Assembly: GCA_041664285.1 (NCBI GenBank)
Contig: JBAYLA010000005.1
Coordinates: forward strand, 1-62,539
Source: Minisyncoccota bacterium
Lineage (GTDB): Bacteria; Patescibacteriota; Minisyncoccia; Phycocordibacterales; UBA9973
Direction of reading: 5' to 3'
DNA: 62,539 bases
In this document: positions 55,142-62,440 of the stretch, piece after piece
How the letters are laid out: every line of letters begins with the position of its first letter
Position numbering within the stretch: position 1 is the stretch's first letter
Program-made: the position numbers and the translations under genes
The notes under the pieces: model-generated
Database searches by the model: none
Told to the model about the DNA's origin: nothing
The model's input: only the letters and a program-made list of their open reading frames with translations

Positions 55142-55212
55142 CACTCAAAATTTATAGTCATTTCATTCCTTAAATGTTGGTGTAAGTCCTATTTAGTGGG
55201 TCGATATTCTAG

Positions 55213-55232
55213 CGGCTAAAAGCCGTTTTTTT
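55213..55232 (+). terminator. Possible terminator in the 54.8-55.3 kb non-coding stretch
   Basis: cggct aaa agccg followed by T7. Confidence 0.4.
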
Positions 55233-55267
55233 AGTTTAAAATAAGGAGCGCTAGCGAATATATTTTA

Positions 55268-55557
55268 TTTAACCCTGTTAAATGATTTCAAATAAGAAGG
55301 AATTTTACTACATTTATGTTTTAAAATCTTCGAAGGATAATAACTTTTATGTTGGTTATACCGAAAATTTGAAATCAAGATTTAAGCAACATTCAAAAGG
55401 TCACGTTATTTCTACTAAATTACGTCGACCATTAGAATTAATTTACTCTGAAGTTTGTTTAGATAAAAAAGATGCCATGCATCGTGAGAAATATCTAAAA
55501 ACTTATCATGGTAAATTATTTCTTAGAAACCGGCTTAAATCTTATTTAACAGGGTAA
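55268..55557. mobile_element. GIY-YIG gene enclosed by inverted arms ...aaccctgttaaat / atttaacagggt...
   Basis: The left arm (55268-55283) covers ATG 55282. The right arm (55544-55557) covers the TAA stop. Confidence 0.4.
55282..55557 (+). CDS. Small GIY-YIG nuclease-superfamily protein
   Basis: FYYIYVLKSSKDNNFYVGYTENLKSRFKQHSKG. Confidence 0.8.
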   Translation: MISNKKEFYYIYVLKSSKDNNFYVGYTENLKSRFKQHSKGHVISTKLRRPLELIYSEVCLDKKDAMHREKYLKTYHGKLFLRNRLKSYLTG

Positions 55558-55594
55558 CAATTTTTATATTCACTTCGTTCATTAAAAATTAGCT

Positions 55595-56074
55595 ATGTTA
55601 CAAAAATCAAAAAAAGAAGAAATGATCAAAGAATTAGAAGGAGCCATCAAAGGTTCTGAGTCTTTAGTCTTTGTGAATTTTCATGGTTTGAAAGTAAGTG
55701 ATGAAACAACTCTTCGTAAAAATCTTCGAGATCAGGGGATAAAATACAAAGTGGGGAGAAAGACATTACTTAAACGTGCGCTTACTGGTAAGGCTACAGG
55801 AGAAATCCCAGAGCTTGCTGGAGAAGTGGCTATTGCCTATTCTAAAGATCCAATAGCAGGAGCTCGCGAGATTTTTAATTTTCAAAAAACTCATAAAGGG
55901 GTACTAAGTATCTTGGGGGGTATTTTTGAAGGTAAATTTGTTGGGGGAGAGAAAATGACAGAAATAGCAATGATCCCAAGTCGTGAAGTTCTCTATGCTC
56001 AGTTTGTTAACCTTATCAATTCTCCAATTCAGCGTTTGGCAGTTGTTTTGGATCAAATAGCAAAGAAAGCCTAA
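55595..56074 (+). CDS. rplJ: Ribosomal protein uL10
   Basis: Family-typical sequence, directly upstream of rplL. Confidence 0.9.
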   Translation: MLQKSKKEEMIKELEGAIKGSESLVFVNFHGLKVSDETTLRKNLRDQGIKYKVGRKTLLKRALTGKATGEIPELAGEVAIAYSKDPIAGAREIFNFQKTHKGVLSILGGIFEGKFVGGEKMTEIAMIPSREVLYAQFVNLINSPIQRLAVVLDQIAKKA

Positions 56075-56098
56075 ATTTTATTAAATATAAACTTTTTT

Positions 56099-56166
56099 AG
56101 GGTACAGATTTTTTGAAGCTTAAAAAATCCTGAAGTTCTCGCGCCGTCGCGCTCGAAACCCCCTTA
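56099..56166 (-). repeat. Two-hairpin repeat, copy 4 (between rplJ and rplL)
   Basis: Shares ctcgcgccgtcgcgctc with copy 2 and aaaaaatcctgaagtt (reverse complement) with copy 1. Confidence 0.7.
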
Positions 56167-56216
56167 AAAAGTTATGTTTCAACAAAATTTATAATTAAAA
56201 ATTAATTTAAAATTAT

Positions 56217-56582
56217 ATGTCAGAAAAATTTGAAAAACTTATAAAAGAAATAGAAACAATGTCAGTTCTTGATCTTCACGAACTTGTCAAAGCTTTAGAA
56301 GAAAAGTTTGGAGTATCAGCTGCCGCTGTGGCCGTAGCTGGTCCCGCAGCTGGTCCTGCTGAGGAAGAGAAGGATTCATTTACTGTTGTGCTTGCATCTG
56401 CTGGTGAGCAGAAAATTGCAGTGATGAAAATCGTTAAAGAAGTACTTGGTCTTGGATTGAAAGATGCTAAAGATTTAGTAGATGCTGCTCCAGGAACTCT
56501 TAAAGATGGAATGAAGAAAGCTGAAGCTGAAGATTTGAAGAAAAAAATCGAAGAAGTTGGAGGGAAAATTGAGCTTAAATAA
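56217..56582 (+). CDS. rplL: Ribosomal protein bL12 (L7/L12)
   Basis: Ala/Pro hinge [17 protein letters not shown] and [24 protein letters not shown]. Confidence 0.93.
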   Translation: MSEKFEKLIKEIETMSVLDLHELVKALEEKFGVSAAAVAVAGPAAGPAEEEKDSFTVVLASAGEQKIAVMKIVKEVLGLGLKDAKDLVDAAPGTLKDGMKKAEAEDLKKKIEEVGGKIELK

Positions 56583-56590
56583 CTCAATTT

Positions 56591-56665
56591 TCGACCCGCA
56601 GATGCGTCGGCATCGAGGGCCGGCTTGCACAAAAATTCAGCAGAATTTTATGCGCAAGGGGCGAG
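56591..56665 (+). repeat. Two-hairpin repeat, copy 5 (downstream of rplL)
   Basis: gatgc gtcg gcatc. caaaaattcagcagaattttatg is identical to copy 3. Confidence 0.7.
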
Positions 56666-56691
56666 TTAAAATAATAAAATAGTATTAAAAA

Positions 56692-56717
56692 ACGGACGCC
56701 TAGCGTCCGTTTTTTTA
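56692..56717 (+). terminator. Intrinsic terminator after rplL
   Basis: acggacgc cta gcgtccgt followed by T7. Confidence 0.8.
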
Positions 56718-56719
56718 TA

Positions 56720-56747
56720 TTGACAAAACAAAAAGAAAGAGTATAAC
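56720..56747 (+). promoter_or_regulatory. Sigma-70-like promoter: TTGACA, 16-nt spacer, TATAAC, 8 nt before ATG 56756
   Basis: Read directly. Confidence 0.6.
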
Positions 56748-56755
56748 ATTAGTAT

Positions 56756-57904
56756 ATGAAGAAAAATACATTAATTTTATCTATTTCTATTTTAGCCTTA
56801 ATTTGCTTTAGTTTTTTGGGTTTTAACACTGCGGGTGCGTATGATTCAGGCTGTATTGGGTCTAATTTGTATAGCATTACCACTGGGCAACTTTGTAGTA
56901 CCCAATATGGTTATTCCAGTTATAATAATTATTCCAATAACTATAGCTATGGATGTACTGCTGGCGAACTATATAATATTTACACCGGACAACTTTGTAG
57001 TAATCAATATGGTTATAATAATAATTATTCCAATAACTATAGCTATGGATGTACTGCTGGCGAACTATATAATATTTACACTGGACAACTTTGCAATACT
57101 CAATATGGTTATTCTAATAATTACGGTTATAACTATAATAATTATTCCAATAACTATAGCTATGGATGCACTTCTACTGGACCATTTAACATAATCACTG
57201 GACAACTTTGCAATACATCACAATACTCAAATTCTTACCAAAATATTTACCCTTACTACAACCAAGCTCCAGTTATTTCTGGAGTTAATGGGCCACACTC
57301 ATTAAATGTAAATCAAATAGGGACTTGGACTGTGTTGGTTTCTAATATAAATACTAGTGGAAATCTTTCTTATTCAATCAATTGGGGTGACCAGCCACTT
57401 TATGCTTATGGGATAAATAATTCTTCTGTTTATTTACCTCAACAAAATGCAACCTTTACGCATACTTACACACAAGCAGGGACTTATACACCAGTCTTTA
57501 CTGTGACGAATAGCAATGGGCAATCTGCTACTACTAGTTTAAGTGTAGTGGTTAGTGGATCATCGATTAATTACGGTGCCCCTGTTATTTATTCAATTTC
57601 TCCAACTTCTGGAAGAATTGGTACTCAGGTTACAATATCTGGAACAGGTTTTGCTTATAATCCTTATTATAATAGTGGTGGTGTTACAACAAATACTATT
57701 AACTTTGGTGGAAGTATCATTCAGAATGTGTATTCTTATAACGGTGCTAACCTAACTTTCACTGTTCCGTCAAATTTAAACACTTGTTACTCGGGCCAGT
57801 ATTGTTCTCAAATATATTCACCAGTTGTTCCTGGAACTTATTCGATTTCCGTTACAAACACAAATGGTATTTCTAACATAATTTACTTTACGGTAACTTA
57901 CTAG
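56756..57904 (+). CDS. Secreted protein: tandem Tyr/Asn-rich Cys-loop repeats, PKD-like and IPT/TIG-like domains
   Basis: Signal peptide. Four to five CxxGxxYxIxTGQLC modules. NWGD...FTHTYTQAGTYTPVFTVTN. ISPTSGRIGTQVTISGTGF. Confidence 0.75.
   Translation: MKKNTLILSISILALICFSFLGFNTAGAYDSGCIGSNLYSITTGQLCSTQYGYSSYNNYSNNYSYGCTAGELYNIYTGQLCSNQYGYNNNYSNNYSYGCTAGELYNIYTGQLCNTQYGYSNNYGYNYNNYSNNYSYGCTSTGPFNIITGQLCNTSQYSNSYQNIYPYYNQAPVISGVNGPHSLNVNQIGTWTVLVSNINTSGNLSYSINWGDQPLYAYGINNSSVYLPQQNATFTHTYTQAGTYTPVFTVTNSNGQSATTSLSVVVSGSSINYGAPVIYSISPTSGRIGTQVTISGTGFAYNPYYNSGGVTTNTINFGGSIIQNVYSYNGANLTFTVPSNLNTCYSGQYCSQIYSPVVPGTYSISVTNTNGISNIIYFTVTY
56848..57215 (+). repeat. Coding tandem repeats (96-nt period between the two best copies)
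   Basis: attccaataactatagctatggatg recurs at 56931, 57027 and 57144. Copies 1 and 2 are nearly identical. Confidence 0.85.
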
Positions 57905-57938
57905 CTTTATTTATTACATATTTTATAATATCAGGTAT

Positions 57939-60900
57939 ATGAAAAAATATACATTGTTTGGGTTTGTTTTATTCGTTACATTATTTAGTTTTAACGTAAA
58001 TTCTCTCAGTGCAGCATCTATTGGTGGAGCAACTACTTCAGGTTGTCTGGCGGGGGATATGTTTAGTCGAACTACTGGTCAGGCTTGTGGTACTGTTTCA
58101 ACATCAGTCACTTGTCCTTCTGGTGATGTGTTTAGTTCAGTGACCGGACAACGTTGTAATGAATGGTACGATAATTCTAACTCATCAGGCTTGACACAGT
58201 TTCGTAATTTATTTCAAAGTTGGTTTAAAGTGGGAGCAAGCAGTACTAGCATTAAACCACTTCAACAATTTTTAAAAGATCAAGGTTATTACTTTGGGAA
58301 AATTGATGGTAAATATGGGAGAATAACCGATCGAGCGGTAAGAGATTTTCAAGGAGATAATAATTTGGCTAGCGGGTCAACATCAATATCAACAACAACA
58401 TCAACACCAGTATCAACCTCAACTTGTTCATCTTATACTTTTGATTCAACAACAGGGGACCCTTTGCCTTGTGGATGTAAGTCAACTTCTGGATTTAGTT
58501 GGATAGATGGTACTTCTTGTGCAGCAGCGAAAATAACTCATCTCAATCCTGCTTTAGCAGCGACTGGTAGTATGGTTGAAGTTTATGGCTCAAACTTTAA
58601 TAATACTTCCTGGGTTTCTATTGGTGGTGCTCCTATGGCTGTTGGTACTAAGAGGGTTATTCCAAGTTCGTATACAAATACATCACTAAGTTTTGTAATT
58701 CCAGCTGACATGGCGCCTGGCACCTATAAACTTTTTGTAGCAAATAGATTAAGTAGTGGAGATTTCCCAAGTAATTCAGTATTACTTACTGTAATTACAA
58801 AAACTTCTACTTGTTCATCTGGTGGATTTGATTCAGCTACTGGTTTCCGTTGTGGCTGTACTTCAATTACAGGCTTTAGTTCAGTAGATGGTACGTTTTG
58901 TGGAACTTCTATTTTTATTAGCACTCCCTCTTTACTTCCTAATGCAAAAGCAGGAAGTACGTATCTGACGACCTTAGATGTTTCTAGCGAGGTATCTACG
59001 AATAATTTATATTGGTCTGTGATTAGTGGTAGTTTGCCAACAGGACTAATTATCTCTGCTAGTGATTTAGGTGCAATTATTACAGGGACACCATCTGTTG
59101 CAGGAACATATACATTTACTCTTCAAGCATCTGATTCAGCTTTAGCTGCTTCTTCTGGTGATAAATCTGTAAGTAAGCAATTTACCTTAACCGTGGATTC
59201 AGCGACAACAACTCATATAATGCCTATTCTTTCTCCAAGTGGTGGAGAACAATGGGATATTGGCTCTACTCATACTATACAATGGCAATCTTCATCAGCT
59301 CCTAGTGATGCACATGTTTATTTAGAGGCTCTTTTACCAAGCGGGCAATGGGTTGTAATTAATGGTGCTGGTAATCTACTTCCAGCAACAGGTTCTTACG
59401 CGTGGACTATTCCCTCCACTATTTATAGTGCTGGTGAAGGAACTTTCTATTTTTATCAAGGAACAAATTATAAAATTAGAGCTGTTCTTGTAACGCCTAG
59501 TGATCCTAGCCAATACATAAGTACCGTAAGTAACTCATTTACTATAATTTCTGAAAAAACCCTTTGTTCAACTAGTAGTGATTGTTTGAGTGGACAGATT
59601 TGTGGTAGCAGTGGAATGTGTGTAGCAAATACTGCAACCGTTGTTAATGGTGTTTGTGGATCTGCAACGGCTTCACAATTAAGTGCTCCAACAATAGCAG
59701 TGACCTCTCTTTGCAGTACCGGTACTCTTGGAGCATTGGTTGGAGCATCTACATCATTAAATACTTGGACATGGAATTGTCTTGGATTAAATGGTGGAAC
59801 AACTGCTTCTTGTAGTGTTCCAAAAGTTGGAGCAAGCACTTCTATTATGCCTATCACCAACACCTCTCTTACAAAAGGCACAGTTGGAATTTCTTATACT
59901 GAATATCTCCAAACAGGAGCAGCTGGTCTTTATACTTGGTCAGCCACAGGATTACCAACAGGATTAAGCCTAACTGGCAATACAATTTCTGGCACTCCGA
60001 CTGTTGCCGGCACCTATACAGTAAATGTTACTTTGACTTCAACTTCAAGCAGCAGCGTAACACCAGGTTCTAAACAATTAACTCTTACCATAGATCCTGC
60101 AACAACTATTACCGCTGGTGTATGCGGATCTTTAAATGGAACATCAATTGCAGCTATCCCTCCTACTCTTGGAGCAACAAGTCAGTGTTCTGCAGGAACA
60201 GCCTCTGTATTTTCTGGATCTGGTCCTTGGACATGGACTTGTGCTGGATCAAATGGTGGAACAACTGCTTCCTGTAGTGTTTCAAAAACAGGCACAACTA
60301 CAGCGACTATTGGCCAATGTGGTTCTTCAAGTGGTAAAAATTTCACGAGTGTTCCAACATCCAATCTTTGCTCTGCAGGAACAGCTTCTTCTGTTACTGG
60401 AAGTGGTGCTAGTTCTAGTCCGTGGCTTTGGACTTGTACTGGAACTCTGGGCTACTCTGGTTGCAGTGCTTTAAAAACAAATACTACAACAACAACGAGC
60501 GGGGGTACAACTACTACTGGTGGATGTGGTTCTGCCTTAGGGGGGACATTCAGTTCTGCTCCAACAAGTGGGCTGTGTATACAAGGGTTTACTCCCGATA
60601 CTGTATATAGATTTTCAGATTCTAAATGGACATGGAATTGTAACAGCAACAGTGGTGGTATGGACTGGGGTTGTGGGGCAACAGCTACTGGTGTTCTCGG
60701 TGCAGAATCCTTTCACTTTACCCAATTCCTAGAACAAGGTTCAACTGGAAATGAGGTTATGGAATTACAAAAATTCCTAAAAAAAGCAGGGTATGATGTA
60801 GGAAATATTGATGGAATTTTTGGCCCTAAAGTTAAATTAGCCTTAATTACATTCCAGATTGTAAATCACTTAAAAGGTGATGGAATTGTAGGATCTGAAG

Positions 60901-60947
60901 TTCGGGCGTTTTTAAATAAAGAAAAAATCACGTTGATTTTTTCTTAG
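57939..60947 (+). CDS. Large secreted surface protein: Cys-loops, two PG_binding_1-like domains, IPT and Ig-like domains, four WTWxC Cys-rich modules
   Basis: Signal peptide. CLAGDMFSRTTGQAC. KPLQQFLKDQGYYFGKIDGKYG. LPTGLSLTGNTISGTPTVAGTYT. GPWTWTCAGSNGGTTASCS. C-terminal GSTGNEVMELQKFLKKAGY. Confidence 0.8.
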   Translation: MKKYTLFGFVLFVTLFSFNVNSLSAASIGGATTSGCLAGDMFSRTTGQACGTVSTSVTCPSGDVFSSVTGQRCNEWYDNSNSSGLTQFRNLFQSWFKVGASSTSIKPLQQFLKDQGYYFGKIDGKYGRITDRAVRDFQGDNNLASGSTSISTTTSTPVSTSTCSSYTFDSTTGDPLPCGCKSTSGFSWIDGTSCAAAKITHLNPALAATGSMVEVYGSNFNNTSWVSIGGAPMAVGTKRVIPSSYTNTSLSFVIPADMAPGTYKLFVANRLSSGDFPSNSVLLTVITKTSTCSSGGFDSATGFRCGCTSITGFSSVDGTFCGTSIFISTPSLLPNAKAGSTYLTTLDVSSEVSTNNLYWSVISGSLPTGLIISASDLGAIITGTPSVAGTYTFTLQASDSALAASSGDKSVSKQFTLTVDSATTTHIMPILSPSGGEQWDIGSTHTIQWQSSSAPSDAHVYLEALLPSGQWVVINGAGNLLPATGSYAWTIPSTIYSAGEGTFYFYQGTNYKIRAVLVTPSDPSQYISTVSNSFTIISEKTLCSTSSDCLSGQICGSSGMCVANTATVVNGVCGSATASQLSAPTIAVTSLCSTGTLGALVGASTSLNTWTWNCLGLNGGTTASCSVPKVGASTSIMPITNTSLTKGTVGISYTEYLQTGAAGLYTWSATGLPTGLSLTGNTISGTPTVAGTYTVNVTLTSTSSSSVTPGSKQLTLTIDPATTITAGVCGSLNGTSIAAIPPTLGATSQCSAGTASVFSGSGPWTWTCAGSNGGTTASCSVSKTGTTTATIGQCGSSSGKNFTSVPTSNLCSAGTASSVTGSGASSSPWLWTCTGTLGYSGCSALKTNTTTTTSGGTTTTGGCGSALGGTFSSAPTSGLCIQGFTPDTVYRFSDSKWTWNCNSNSGGMDWGCGATATGVLGAESFHFTQFLEQGSTGNEVMELQKFLKKAGYDVGNIDGIFGPKVKLALITFQIVNHLKGDGIVGSEVRAFLNKEKITLIFS

Positions 60948-60967
60948 AAAAGCATTACAATATCCGA

Positions 60968-61555
60968 ATGGAAATTTTAGGAAAGATATTGGGTAATTCG
61001 GCGCGGGTAAAAATTATGCGTCTCTTTTTACTCAATAGAGGTAAGGGTTTTTCTAATAAGGATGTTGCAAAAAGAAGCAGAGTGAGTCCCGTAACTGTTC
61101 GCCGAGAGCTCAGGTTGCTTTCTTCTATTGGTTTTATCAAAAAGCGTTCAGCTGTTTCTCCTCTATGGTATTTCAATTCTCTTTTTAAATATGGGGAGCA
61201 GTTTGAAAGCTTATTGCTTAGTTTGGACACTTTAAGCAAGCAAACCATCTTAAATAATTTTCGAAAAATCGGAAGGGTGAAACTTATCATAACTTCTGGT
61301 GTATTTATCAAAAATCATGACAGCCGAGTGGATTTGCTTATCGTGGGAGATAAAATGAAACGAAGTAAAATAGAAGAAGGAATTAAAAAAATTGAAGCAG
61401 AGATAGGGATAGAACTCATTTATGCTGTATTTGAGACCAAAGAATTTCTTTATAGATTAAATATGTATGATAAATTAGTTCGAGATATTTTAGACTATCC
61501 ACATGAGGTAGTTTTGCAGGCTAAAGAACTAAATCTTACAAAGGCTACTCGATAG
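60968..61555 (+). CDS. Winged-helix transcriptional regulator (putative)
   Basis: N-terminal ARVKIMRLFLLNRGKGFSNKDVAKRSRVSPVTVRRELRLLSSIGFIKK. Confidence 0.55.
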   Translation: MEILGKILGNSARVKIMRLFLLNRGKGFSNKDVAKRSRVSPVTVRRELRLLSSIGFIKKRSAVSPLWYFNSLFKYGEQFESLLLSLDTLSKQTILNNFRKIGRVKLIITSGVFIKNHDSRVDLLIVGDKMKRSKIEEGIKKIEAEIGIELIYAVFETKEFLYRLNMYDKLVRDILDYPHEVVLQAKELNLTKATR

Positions 61556-61684
61556 GTTTTAACCCATTTTGAGTTATCCACATAGTTTATTCGTAAGTCT
61601 TAAGTAAAAACTGATACAATATAGGTATAACTTTTATAAGGTCGAAACTTAAAAAGGTAGTATTATTATTAAGAATCTTTTATT

Positions 61685-62371
61685 ATGAATAACATTTTTG
61701 TTACATGGGGTGATGTTTTCAACGCATCATTTCAAAGTTTGTGGTTTGGTTTTGTGCAGTTTATTCCGCTGTTTGTAGTGGCAGTTGTGTTTTTTATCAT
61801 AGGTTGGGTTTTAGGTTCTTTGATCGCTAAAGCTATTGAACAAGTATTCAGTAGTCTTAAAATAGACAATCTTTTAAAGTCTATTGGCGCAGAAAATTTC
61901 TTTAAAAAAGCTGGAATAAATCTCAACTCTGGATATTTTATTGGACAAATAGTAAGGTGGTTTATAATAATCGTCTTTCTTCTTCCATCACTTAATTTGG
62001 TCGGTTTGACAGACGTGTCTTCTTTCTTGAGTGAAGGTGTTCTTGCTTTCTTGCCTCAAGTTGTTATTGCTGCATTTGTTTTGATTATTGCCGCAGTTGT
62101 TTCTGAAGGTCTTGCTAAAGCAGTTTTAGCTACAGCAAAAGCTATGAACTTAAAAGCAGCTAATATGTTTGCAGCTATTGCAAAATATGCTGTTTGGGTT
62201 TTTGCTATCATCATTGCTCTTGGGAAGCTTGGCTTGGGTGATTACATGAATATTCTTTTCTCTGGAATAATTGCGATGTTGGCCTTGGCTGGAGCTATAG
62301 CTTTCGGCTTGGGTGGCAAAGAATATGCTACGCGATTTATCGCAAAGCTTGGCGAAGAAGCATCTGAATAA
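61685..62371 (+). CDS. Membrane protein with repeated TM-helix motifs (mechanosensitive-channel-related family)
   Basis: Four to five TM segments separated by an amphipathic linker (ENFFKKAGINL). Confidence 0.55.
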   Translation: MNNIFVTWGDVFNASFQSLWFGFVQFIPLFVVAVVFFIIGWVLGSLIAKAIEQVFSSLKIDNLLKSIGAENFFKKAGINLNSGYFIGQIVRWFIIIVFLLPSLNLVGLTDVSSFLSEGVLAFLPQVVIAAFVLIIAAVVSEGLAKAVLATAKAMNLKAANMFAAIAKYAVWVFAIIIALGKLGLGDYMNILFSGIIAMLALAGAIAFGLGGKEYATRFIAKLGEEASE

Positions 62372-62393
62372 TTAAAAAATAAATAGACTTTAT

Positions 62394-62440
62394 AACAAAA
62401 AAGATGTCCCCAGTTCGTCTGGGTTGACATCTTTTTTGTT
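62394..62440 (+). terminator. Long compound hairpin after the 61685-62371 gene
   Basis: 15-bp outer stem aacaaaaaagatgtc / gacatcttttttgtt with inner stem cccag / ctggg. Confidence 0.7.
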
